Positions 11,888 to 21,730 of a stretch of DNA of 64,000 bases are shown in pieces. The stretch lies in the NCBI GenBank assembly GCA_963693365.1, contig CAVNZM010000003.1, positions 2,923,106 through 2,987,105 of the forward strand. The letters are read 5' to 3'. The DNA comes from Amoebidium appalachense (Eukaryota > Protista > Ichthyosporea). The stretch's first letter is position 1. Every line of letters starts with the position of its first letter. A model generated the notes under the pieces. The model saw only the letters and a list, made by a program, of their open reading frames with translations, was not told where the DNA came from and made no database searches. Both the position numbers and the translations under genes were made by a program.

Positions 11888-14800
11888 GCAACCTCATGGA
11901 TCGCAAGGACCACCACGTGCTGTGCCACCTGCTGACCCCGGAGGAGGTGGTGGGGGTCGGCAACACGACCCTGGGGAGGTCGAGATCTTCGGGCTGCGGG
12001 GTGTGCACCCTGCTGTTCCCACCCACAGACTACCGTAGCCACTTCAAGGACCGTTACCTGCGGAGACTGGTGAGGGCCACCCACGTGCTGTGGGCCAAGT
12101 ACGACCTGCCTGTGCCTGCAGAGGACGGCCTGACGGTGGATGAGCTGGGTGCAGCCGTGGATGCCCTCAACACGGCCATTGCCGAGCAGCCCGAGTCAGT
12201 GACCCGCCTGCGGCTGGTGGTGGTGGACATGGACAGCAAGGGCAGGGTGCTACGCCGGTACGGGGACCTGAGCACGGCCCTACCCCCCTCCAAGCTGTGC
12301 ACCATGTACTTGGCCCACTCCCAGAAGCTGGGGCACTTCACGGCCATCACCTCGAGTGTCAGCACGGCCATCGAGCGCCTGCGGCACGACAACCACACGG
12401 GGGAGGCACGTCGGAGCCTCAGCACCTGCTTCCACTGCAACCAGACCGTGCAAGCCAAGAACATGGGGGTGCACCGTTGTGTGAACCGGTGTGAGAACTG
12501 TGGATCAAAGGGGGACCGCAACGACCAGGCCAACGCCTGTGTGTGGACCCCCGAGCGCCGTCTGCAGCTTGCACGGGCAGGGGAGGAGGCATGGCCTTAC
12601 CGTTGTGACGACTGCTGTGGTCTCTTCCCTTCAGCCAAGTGCATGGCCAACCACAGCACCAGGCTCAAGGGGGTGGGGGCCAGGGCCGACGGCCGGCAAC
12701 AATCCTTCTGTGACACCATGTTCTGGTGCCGGCTGGCCACGTGCACCCACGGTCTGCAGGGGTACCGGGTGTTTGGCAGTGGGGATGATGCCCGTAGGGT
12801 GTGTGTGTCGGGCAACCCTGCCGGCCGGTTCCTCTACAAGTTCAAGTACGCCAGCGTGTGCCGGCTACGTCGGTTGCACACCGCCCAGGAGCAAGGGGGG
12901 TACGATGCAGGTGCAGATGCGGGAGCCAACGACGAGGGGGAGGACTGGGCCTGGGGCACGGACACGGAGGAGGACTCGGATGCCGAGGATGCCGACTCAG
13001 GCCCCCCACCCGGCCTTGCCGACTCGTCGGACGACGAAGGTGACGATGATGACAACGGCGATGGCATCGACCTCATGCAGATGTCTGAGGGGGAGGGGGA
13101 TGACGGGGGTGAGCACGGGGGCAAGAAGAAGGACGACACGTGGACACAGCACCTGTGCACCGACTACGACTGCAAGGGCTGTGGGGGGTACATGCCCGGC
13201 AACCACACGTGCCTCATACGCAGCAAGCGTGACCAGCGACGTGTGTACATGTGCACGCACACGGATGCAGACGGCACGGCGTGCGACAGGGTGGCGTGCT
13301 ACTCCAACGAGCATGGGCAGGGGGAGGAGGGGGAGGAGGGGGAGGGGGAGGGGGGAGAGTCACCTGCACGGCAGAGGGCCAGGGTGGATGGTGCCGACGG
13401 CAGGGTGGGTGCACACGTGTGCAAACGGCACGTGCCCGACGACGATGGCAGCAGGGGGCCGTGGAAGCAGACCCGGCAGCCCATCAGGGACATCGTGCTG
13501 GACTTCGAGACCATGCCCGTGCCTGCCCCCGACCACACGGCCGAAAACCCCCACTTCATCCACATCGTGTACCACGCCGTGGCCATGTACGTCGAGCCAA
13601 TGGACGGCCAGCCCTCAACCCCCATCGTCTTCTGGCCGGAGGACTCGGCCGACGGCAAGAACGGGTGGGATGTGCTGATGGAGGACCACCACCACGTGAT
13701 TGACAAGGTGGTGGCATGGCTGTTCGACACACCAGCCCATGCCGGCGGCCGGGTGTACTGCCACAACGGCAGTGGCTTTGACTTCCACTTTGTGACCAAG
13801 AGGGTGGTGGGCAGCCAGGACTACGTGTACGTGCCCATCATGGCCAACAGCAAGATCAAGTCCTGCCGTATACGCCACTACGTCAAGAATGCCGGTGCAC
13901 CAGCAGCCCCCGTGCCCATGCGGGTGGATGGTGATGGTGATGGTGATGGTGCCGATGGCCATGGCCATGGCCACGATGGCAATGGCCATGGTGATGGCCA
14001 TGGTGATGGCCATGGTGATGTGCAGCAGCAGGCAGCAGCAGCAGCAGCAGCAGGCACCGGCCGGAAGAGGAGGCACGGGGGGCAGAGGGGGGACGGCAGC
14101 CGCACGACGGTGGTGGAGCTGACGTTCGTGGACACCCTCAACTTCCTCACCATGTCGCTGTCGGACGCCGGCAAGGCCATGGGGTGCCAGGAGACGAAGG
14201 GCCACTTCCCCCACCGTGCAGCCACCTTTGCCAACTTCAAGGCCGGCCACATCCCCTTCCCCGGGCCCGAGGACTTTGGGGCCCAGGACATGAAGCCCAA
14301 GCAGCATGCTGCCTTCATGCAGTGGTGGCGGGAGGAGCAGGCACGGCTGCAGGGGCAGGCACCGGCGGGCACGTGCTACGACATTGCCCAGCAGTGCGAG
14401 GACTACTGTGTCAAGGATGTGGTGCTGCTGCAGCAGGTGGTCAAGGCCTTCATGTCGAAACTCATCGAGCTGACGGGCATCGACCCCTTCACGTGCGTCA
14501 CCCTTGCTTCCCTCGCCATGCACTTCTGGATCACGCAGGCCATGCCCAAGGACGTGGCCGTGATGCGTGACCAGACCATGGGCAACGTGAACAGCAGCAA
14601 GAAGGAGCAGGAGTACATCGACTACGTCACCCACGGCCTGGGGGTGGGGCCAGACGACGTTGCACGGCACGTGGCCACCGGGTACGACCCCCACGGCAGG
14701 GCCACGGCCGATGCCAAGGCCACCCACGACGACGGCACGTGCACCCACTACTTCTTCCACGGGTGTGTGTTCCATGGGTGCCCCGACTGCAACAGGCACG

Positions 14801-16572
14801 AGGATCTGACGATGAGGGTGGTGAAGAGGCCGGCCAGGGAGGCCTACGACAGCACCATGGCCCACGAGAGGTACATCCGTGCCCAGGGGCACAAGGTGCA
14901 GAGCATGTGGGAGTGCAGGTGGGACAGGCTGAGGCAGAGCCCCGAGGTCAAGGCTGCCCTTGCAGCACAGGCGGCACGGAGGGAGGGCACCGGCAGGGTG
15001 GCCCCCGTGCCCACGGGCCCGGTGCAGTTCCGTGATGCCTTCTTTGGTGGCCGTACGGAGGTCATCACCCGTCACATCGAGGTCAAGGAGGAGGACTGGC
15101 CGGAGGCCGGGCTCAAGTACGTCGACGTCACCTCCCTCTACCCGTACGTGATGATTGACAAGTACATGCCGGTGGGCAAGTCACAGTGGTTCACGTCACT
15201 GCCCATCAAGACGGAGGACCACCCCACGGCCATCGTCACGGATGCCCAGGTGCTGAAGGAGAGGCTCGACAAGACGTGCCGTATGACCCCCGGCTCCCCC
15301 CAGGCCAGGACCAAGGGGTACTTTGGTGTTGCACGTGTGAGGGTGCTCCCCCCCAAGGACCTGTTCATCCCCGTGCTGCCTGTGCGTATGACGGGTGCCC
15401 AGGGGTACGACAAGCTGGGCTTTGTGCTGTGCCGGGCCTGCAGCAGCAAGGAGGAGGCCCGGGCCACCTGCATGGACGAGGACGGCAACCCCAGGGTACG
15501 TGAGCACACACTGTGCACACACACGGACGAGGAGAGGGCACTGGTGGGCACGTGGACGACGGAGGAGCTGAAGGTGGCCGTGCGTGATGGGTACACCATC
15601 CTCGACGTGTACGACGTGGTGCACTTCAAGAAACGCACCAAGAACCTCTTCCGGAAGTACGTGCAGACGTTCCTGAAGGTGAAGCTCACCAGCACCACCG
15701 TAGATCCGGCCGACATCCCCGCCCTCGTGCACCTGTTCAAGGAACACTACGGCATCACGGTGGCCGCCCACGAGTTCGAGCCCAACCCGGCCCTGCGTAC
15801 CATCAGCAAGCTGTTTCTGAACAGCCTCTGGGGCAAGCTGGTGCAGAGGGCAGGGCTGGACACCATCGAGTTTGTCGACGACGTCGACAGGCTGAGGCTG
15901 CTGGTGACGAACCCCAACCTGCTGGTGCTCGACGTCGAGCCCATCGGTGAGCAGAGGGTGGCCATCAAGTACCGGCCCAAGAAGGAGACGGCCCCACCCC
16001 CCTCCTACGCCAACATTGCCATCGGCACGTTCGTGACGGCCCATGCCCGGCTGCACCTGTACGGGGCCCTCCGGTCCCTCTCCCCCCAGCAGGTGGTGTA
16101 CATGGACACCGACTCCATCGTCTACCACTACGACAGCAGGGTGCCCCACCTCAGCCACAACATCGACTCCACCAACGGGGACTTGCTGGGCAACTGGAAG
16201 AACGAGACGTCGACACCCATCGTCGAGTTTGTGGGGGTGGCCCCCAAGACGTATGCCTACCGCACCCAGGACGGCAAGACCGACGTGAAGGTCAAGGGCA
16301 TCACCCTGTCCCGCCGGGCGGCCGACATGGTGAACCTCCCCAGCCTGCGCATGCTGGTGCACGGCGAGCTGCCGAGTGTGAGCGTCACCAACCACCGGCT
16401 GCTGCGGGAGCCCGTGCCCGGGGTCCCCCACAACTACCACCTGGCCAGCAAGGACCAGCGCAAGACACAGTCGGGGGCGTTCGACAAGAGGGGGGTGTTC
16501 GAGGCGGCCGACGGCAGTGTACGCAGCTACCCCATCGGGTGGGCGGCACCGGAGGGGAACCTGCAGTTTTGA
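11773..16572 (+). CDS. polB: Protein-primed family B DNA polymerase (viral sequence from 11893; first ~40 aa come from the TRIM LTR)
   Basis: ExoI LDFET, ExoII HNGSGFDFHF, KGHFPH, ExoIII YCVKDV, inserted VSR-like FHGCVFHGC..WEC, motif A DVTSLYP, motif B KLFLNSLWGK, motif C YMDTDS, plus KTYAY and KVKG. Confidence 0.96.
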   Translation: MELVMEFSHGVNTLKAVKNGSAPKRATTTLVTADSTSNSNLMDRKDHHVLCHLLTPEEVVGVGNTTLGRSRSSGCGVCTLLFPPTDYRSHFKDRYLRRLVRATHVLWAKYDLPVPAEDGLTVDELGAAVDALNTAIAEQPESVTRLRLVVVDMDSKGRVLRRYGDLSTALPPSKLCTMYLAHSQKLGHFTAITSSVSTAIERLRHDNHTGEARRSLSTCFHCNQTVQAKNMGVHRCVNRCENCGSKGDRNDQANACVWTPERRLQLARAGEEAWPYRCDDCCGLFPSAKCMANHSTRLKGVGARADGRQQSFCDTMFWCRLATCTHGLQGYRVFGSGDDARRVCVSGNPAGRFLYKFKYASVCRLRRLHTAQEQGGYDAGADAGANDEGEDWAWGTDTEEDSDAEDADSGPPPGLADSSDDEGDDDDNGDGIDLMQMSEGEGDDGGEHGGKKKDDTWTQHLCTDYDCKGCGGYMPGNHTCLIRSKRDQRRVYMCTHTDADGTACDRVACYSNEHGQGEEGEEGEGEGGESPARQRARVDGADGRVGAHVCKRHVPDDDGSRGPWKQTRQPIRDIVLDFETMPVPAPDHTAENPHFIHIVYHAVAMYVEPMDGQPSTPIVFWPEDSADGKNGWDVLMEDHHHVIDKVVAWLFDTPAHAGGRVYCHNGSGFDFHFVTKRVVGSQDYVYVPIMANSKIKSCRIRHYVKNAGAPAAPVPMRVDGDGDGDGADGHGHGHDGNGHGDGHGDGHGDVQQQAAAAAAAGTGRKRRHGGQRGDGSRTTVVELTFVDTLNFLTMSLSDAGKAMGCQETKGHFPHRAATFANFKAGHIPFPGPEDFGAQDMKPKQHAAFMQWWREEQARLQGQAPAGTCYDIAQQCEDYCVKDVVLLQQVVKAFMSKLIELTGIDPFTCVTLASLAMHFWITQAMPKDVAVMRDQTMGNVNSSKKEQEYIDYVTHGLGVGPDDVARHVATGYDPHGRATADAKATHDDGTCTHYFFHGCVFHGCPDCNRHEDLTMRVVKRPAREAYDSTMAHERYIRAQGHKVQSMWECRWDRLRQSPEVKAALAAQAARREGTGRVAPVPTGPVQFRDAFFGGRTEVITRHIEVKEEDWPEAGLKYVDVTSLYPYVMIDKYMPVGKSQWFTSLPIKTEDHPTAIVTDAQVLKERLDKTCRMTPGSPQARTKGYFGVARVRVLPPKDLFIPVLPVRMTGAQGYDKLGFVLCRACSSKEEARATCMDEDGNPRVREHTLCTHTDEERALVGTWTTEELKVAVRDGYTILDVYDVVHFKKRTKNLFRKYVQTFLKVKLTSTTVDPADIPALVHLFKEHYGITVAAHEFEPNPALRTISKLFLNSLWGKLVQRAGLDTIEFVDDVDRLRLLVTNPNLLVLDVEPIGEQRVAIKYRPKKETAPPPSYANIAIGTFVTAHARLHLYGALRSLSPQQVVYMDTDSIVYHYDSRVPHLSHNIDSTNGDLLGNWKNETSTPIVEFVGVAPKTYAYRTQDGKTDVKVKGITLSRRAADMVNLPSLRMLVHGELPSVSVTNHRLLREPVPGVPHNYHLASKDQRKTQSGAFDKRGVFEAADGSVRSYPIGWAAPEGNLQF

Positions 16573-17031
16573 GTGGGGGGAGGGGTAGGGGGGAGGGAGG
16601 GGGGTCAGTTAGGAGGTAGTCTAGCAGTGGAAAATTATGTGGTGTGTTTGTTAACTTAGCATTAGAAGAAAGAAAAATGGGGTGCAGAGTGCACGGGCAG
16701 GGGGGTCACCGGCAGAAGAGGAAAAAGATGGTGTTTTTAGGCATACACCACGTGCACCGTATGCACGAGGGGAGGCAGCCAATAAATTCAGAGCTTAATG
16801 CAAAACCAAGCATGTCCAATGTGTCCTTCGGCAAAAGCAACACCAACACCGGAACCATACACGTGTACAAGGGCGGGAGGCTTGCCAAAAAGAGCAGGCA
16901 CCAGCACATATAAAAGGCACACACGTGTGCACAGACACGTCACTTTTTTCCAACACAAAAACAGTCAACATCACGAATTAGGTGAACTTCGGCCGAAACA
17001 CACACACACACACACTGACACGGAAAAAAAA

Positions 17032-17916
17032 ATGGACGAAGACACGTTGCTAAGTATGGTGGCCAACACCACGGACCCTGAGAAGCTGCTAGACCTGTGC
17101 CCCTTCCTCTACGACATGTACTGCAACACCACCACACAGCCACGGCCACGGCCACAGGCACAAGGGTGCTGGTGGGCATACTGCAAGGAGAGGGAGACGT
17201 GCACGGGGGAACACGACGAATACGAGCACGACGGAGGGGACCAGGAGTACGTGTACGAGGAGGGGGGAGGGAGGGGGGAGGGGGAGGGGGAGGAGGAGGA
17301 GGAGGAGGACTGGGTGTACGACGGGAGGGGGTGGGAGGGCAGCGACGGGGAGGGGAGGAAGACGTATGAGGGGTGCACGGCCTTCTGGGACAGAAAGAGG
17401 TCACAGCCATACAGACACATTAACCACTTCAAGCAGCTGCTGCAGTCGGTGCAGGGCCTGAATGCGAGCATGGGTGACATGCAGGAGGGGGTGGTGGCAG
17501 CATTCAGGGGCGTGCAAGGCATAGAGAACGCCGACCAGGCAAGGAGGGTGCTGAGACAGAGCAAACTCACCCAACACTACACACGCGTGCCTTACATACT
17601 TAACAGGTTGTACGGGCACCCCCTCCCCAGGTTTACGTGCGAGCAGTTGGAGGTCTTGACGGGCATGTTTAAGTTTTGCTTGTCGTGGCACCGGAGACAC
17701 AAGGAGGACACACGGAAGAACTTTGTGGGGTACCCCTTCCTGTTGGTGAAAATGGTAGGGTTAGTGCGTGGTATGGACGCGGGAGTAATAGCCAGGCTGG
17801 TGCCCACGGTCAAAAGCAAAGTGACTAGAGTAAAGAGCGATAGGGTGTGGGCACGGCTGGAGAGGGACCTTAAAAACTACCACATGCTAGTGGAACATAA
17901 CATGTTCTGCCTGTAG
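17032..17916 (+). CDS. VLTF3-like (poxvirus A2 / NCLDV late transcription factor 3) protein
   Basis: YRHINHFKQLL..Q, VLRQSKLTQHY..VPYIL..LYG..P, F...RKNFVGYPFLLVK and D.VW..L match the VLTF3 C-terminal pattern. ATG at 17032 follows an A-run. Confidence 0.8.
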   Translation: MDEDTLLSMVANTTDPEKLLDLCPFLYDMYCNTTTQPRPRPQAQGCWWAYCKERETCTGEHDEYEHDGGDQEYVYEEGGGRGEGEGEEEEEEDWVYDGRGWEGSDGEGRKTYEGCTAFWDRKRSQPYRHINHFKQLLQSVQGLNASMGDMQEGVVAAFRGVQGIENADQARRVLRQSKLTQHYTRVPYILNRLYGHPLPRFTCEQLEVLTGMFKFCLSWHRRHKEDTRKNFVGYPFLLVKMVGLVRGMDAGVIARLVPTVKSKVTRVKSDRVWARLERDLKNYHMLVEHNMFCL

Positions 17917-18048
17917 GCGGGTAGCCAGGTGCTACCTGCTCTGCATTTAGAGACAACACTGTGCACAATAGAATGGGGTTGTGGCAGGCGTGGGGTGGTA
18001 GTGGGGGTGTGCCAGCACGTGCCCACACTACCGTCGACCCGCCCAGGT

Positions 18049-18240
18049 TTATTTGAACACCACAGGTGCCGTACGAATGGGTCTGTTGGCGTTGACGCCG
18101 GACAGTTTTACGGTGTAGGCCAGGGGACGTTGCCGAAAGTCCCGTATGGTGGACACGTCCATGACATTCAGGTTGTTGTTCTGTTCCGGGAAGATAAACG
18201 GCCTCTTGCGTGTGGGGGGCCCGCCGGGGTTGAGCTCCAT
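18049..18240 (-). CDS. Small hypothetical viral protein (63 aa)
   Basis: ATG in caccatcATG context with the AAATATTGTGTG motif upstream; co-oriented with the structural gene cluster. Confidence 0.5.
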   Translation of the reverse strand: MELNPGGPPTRKRPFIFPEQNNNLNVMDVSTIRDFRQRPLAYTVKLSGVNANRPIRTAPVVFK

Positions 18241-18532
18241 GATGGTGCTGCAGGCTGTTTACACTAGCACACACAATATTTAAAAGTTTTGGAAGGAGCT
18301 CTGGTCGGCGGCCACGGGCCACGGTGTGTAGGTGGGGGGTCTGGGCCTCATGGTCCCCCCTGGCCCCTCGACGACGTTGCCCGGGCCGTAGAACGGGCGG
18401 GTCTGTGGTGCGGGTCGGGCGCGGTAGGGTAGGGGTACGGGGAGGGGTGCCTGCGTGTGGGGCAAAGCGTGCATGCGCATGTGCTCGGTGCTGTGTGCCA
18501 TGTCTGCCGCCGCTGCTGCCTAATGACGTAGA

Positions 18533-21289
18533 TTATTTGCCGGCACCCTTCTTCCTCTTCTTCTTCTCCTTGCTGGCTGTCTTGGTGCGGTACACCCCAC
18601 GGGCAGACTTAGGGACCGGGCCACCCTCGACATACCCGGCGGCATGGCTGTCCGGCACAACCCCTGGCCTGTGCACGTGTGCACGCACGTGCGGGTGGTG
18701 TGGGTGCATGGGCATGTCCCCCCTCCCGTAGTTGGCATGATGGTGCACGGCCGCTGCCAGCCCAGGGGTGGCTGTGGGTGAAGGGGCACCGGTGGGGGTG
18801 GGCACGGGGAAGCTCGGACCTAGTGGCCACGTGGGGGTGCCTGTGGGGGTGGGGTGAGCAGTAGCCGTGGCTGTTGGCGTGTACGGTAGGCGTGGTACGC
18901 CAGTGTTGTTACCTTTGGTAGCAACCTTCAGCATGTGCAGAGCTACCCCCTTTGCTACCTTCTGGAGTTCTCCGAGGGTGTCACGGTTCCCCAACACGGC
19001 CTCTTGCAGGTTCGGGCCACCGCCACCAACACCGCCGTCAGCAATAGCCGGCTGGCCACCGTCACCATGGTGGCCCCTTACCACGTTGCCCAGAAGCTGG
19101 CGTGCTGCCCCCATGAACACCCCCCTCACGTAGGAGGCCACGGCAGGGTGGTCCCACCCCGTCTGGTCCTCCCTCACCCGCCTTGTGAACTCCTCCGGGC
19201 TCTCCCGCCCGAGCATGTCGAGGTGTTCCCGCAACCCCTGCCAAAAGGGACTCAGCACCCCCTCCTCGTCGGGTCGGGCGGGGGACGTGGGGGGTCTCCA
19301 CACAGCGGCAGCACCCCCTGTTTGCGAGACCGCCCTCTTGGTGCTTGGGTACGTCGTCACGTCACCGTCATAGCCGATGGCTGCTGGGGTGGGGCTGGGG
19401 CTGGGGCTGGGGGTGGGCGTGGTGGTGGGGCCGTCAATACCAAGGGGCAGGTCTGAAAGCTTCCCCCCTCGCACACGGTACTCATACAGGGCCTGCCTCG
19501 AGGCCTTGGGCTCTTCCTTCTTGAGTCCCCAAGCTACGAATTTGATGGCTTGGTACGGGGCGAAACCCTGCAGAGCTTGATAATACTCGGGGTGTTTGTC
19601 CAACAACTCTTTCTCAAAGTCCCACATGGGCTCCTGGAACTTGTAATTGGCTGGTGCCAGAGCGTTTGCGACGTCCAAGAGCGTGACGTTGGACAAGGGT
19701 AGTTTCATTTTCCACACATCCAGCTCGTTGGTGGGCGTCGGTGTGGGTGTGATGGGGGGGGTGGGACTCGGGCGTTGGGGGCGCAGGCACGAGGGGGAAG
19801 GCTTCGGCCCAAATTTGCAACGGCCACCCGCCAGACTTTGGCGGCCGTGGGGGTATCATGGCCGGCGGGTCGGGTCCACGGTAGGCAGGGGACTGGGGGT
19901 ACGGTGTTGGTGCCGGTTGTAGTGGTGGGGGGAAGGGTATGGCCGGGGCAGTCGGCCTCCGCCGTGGCCCGTTACGACCCATGGGCAGGCCGGTACCGTT
20001 CCCTTTGGCGGGCGACTGTGGCGGGGGTTGAACCGTCTGCGGCGGGAAGGGTATGGGTGGTCCGTCCGGCTTGGCCGGCAGGTGGGGGGCCATGGGGGTC
20101 TGTGGGTTGAGCTCCGGGGGGAAGGGTACGGGGGTGGCCGGTTCCTTGGGTGCCTTCCAATACAAGGACTCTGGCGGGGTGGGCATGGTGGGACCGGTCA
20201 TATGGGGTGCCAAGACCCCCACATGGAGTGGGGAGGGGCGGTTGGGGTCGTTGCCGGCCAGGGTAACCGGCCGTGGACGTGGCCAGGCACTGGTCGTTGG
20301 CTCATCGTCGTCGTCATCGGGAGGCGTGTGTAGAGGTTGTACCGGGGCTACGGTGGGTCCGTGGGCTACCGCAGGCTCCACAACGTCGACGTGCTTGCTT
20401 GCCACTGCCACCGGGCAGTGACCCAGGACGGGTTGTGCTGGTCCGTGTCACCGGCAGACCGGTGCCTTTCCCTTTGCCGGGCAGCCTCGACCGGTCTGGC
20501 TTGGACGTCGGGAGGGGCCGGCCCGTCGAGGGGGGAAAGGGTATGGGTGGACCGTTGGGCTTGGCCGGCAGGTGGGGTGCCGTGGGAGTCTGTGGGTCAA
20601 GCTCTGGGGGGAAGGCCACGGGGACACGGGCCGGGGGAGGCACCTCCCATTTCAGGGACTCTGGCGGGGTGGGCATGGTGGGGCCGGCCACATGGGGCGC
20701 CAGGGGCCCGAAGGAGGGTGCGGGCTCGTTATGGGGCCGGCGGCGTGGTGCGTTTGGGGCAGGGGTTTTGGGCGGTGGAGGTGGCTTGGGAGGTGGGGGG
20801 TACGGTATGGCCGGAGCCTGGCCCGGGGGTGTGGCCGGGACGGGGGGGGGGGGGGGGGGGGGGGGGGAGGGGGGCCACGTCGGGCAAGGGGGGCGGAGGT
20901 GCCCTAGGTCTGTTCCACACGTACGTGCTACCGTACTTGTCACCCAAGTGCTCATAGCCAGGGTGGTAGGCTACGTCTACCTTCACCACCTCCGGCAACC
21001 GACCACCCCACCGCTCCAGTGGCTGGTTGGGGTCCAGATATGTGTGGGCCTTCTTGAAAAATGCCTCAACCCCACCCCTGACCAACACCTTGTAGCTATG
21101 TCGGAGTAGTGAAAGTTTGGGAGTCCCAAAGTACCCAACGGTGGTCTCCCGCCACTTGCCTGAATGCACGTCTTCCGGGTACTGGTACTTGACAGTGTAC
21201 CTGCCCAGGGGCCAAACCCTACTCGTCTCAGAGTCCAAGTCATCAGCGTGCCCATGAGGCTGCTGCACGTTGGGGGACATGGTGGACAC
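18533..21289 (-). pseudogene. Long proline-rich viral protein broken into 4 overlapping ORFs by frameshifts
   Basis: ORFs 20729-21289, 20314-20955, 19614-20411 and 18533-19717 overlap head-to-tail; one switch lies at a poly-G run (~20842-20874). Contains a ~60-aa internal duplication (GPTMPTPPESL..FPPEL.PQTP.APHLPAKP.GPPIPFPP). Confidence 0.6.
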
Positions 21290-21313
21290 GGTGTTGTTGT
21301 AAACTGGTGTTTA

Positions 21314-21691
21314 TTATTTCGCAGCGTACTGCGCCATGGGTTGCCGGGCAAAGCTGCCCTGGGGGTCACTGCTGTGCCCCACCCTCACGGGCGTAAAGTC
21401 GACATAGTAGGACTTGCTGTTGAGGGGGAGCCCCCTGCTGCCCAGACCGCTCCTGCCGGGCATGGAGGGCACGTGGTTGTCGGTGGGCAGGTTGTTGAAG
21501 GTCGGCAGCCGGCTGAAGGGCACACCGTAAACGCCGGCCTGGAAGGCGGCGTCCGTGTGCCTTGCCCGGTAGGGGGCCGCATAGGCAGCCTCGTACTCGG
21601 CCTCGGGTGCCAGCTTGTAGCCGTACACGGCCGCCTGCGTGGGTGTGGGCGCCAGTGGAATACCGTTGACGTTGGCCATGGCCGCGTTCAT
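21314..21691 (-). CDS. Hypothetical viral protein (125 aa) downstream of the major capsid gene
   Basis: Clean ORF with viral codon style and an AAATTGTGTG motif upstream. Confidence 0.65.
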   Translation of the reverse strand: MNAAMANVNGIPLAPTPTQAAVYGYKLAPEAEYEAAYAAPYRARHTDAAFQAGVYGVPFSRLPTFNNLPTDNHVPSMPGRSGLGSRGLPLNSKSYYVDFTPVRVGHSSDPQGSFARQPMAQYAAK

Positions 21692-21730
21692 ACTTGCTAG
21701 GTGGCCCACACAATTTGCACCTTTGAGTTA

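Noticed and set aside
13615-16440. Long antisense ORFs (486 and 414 aa) and similar shadows over MCP, ATPase and fibre genes
   Set aside because: Shadow frames of GC-rich genes; the opposite strand carries the recognisable motifs.
16798-17031. N-terminal extension of the VLTF3 ORF (similarly 23476-23532, 24294-24383, 26969-27076, 46700-46849)
   Set aside because: These overlap promoter-like or foreign sequence or a neighbouring gene; downstream ATGs or reconstructed junctions fit better.
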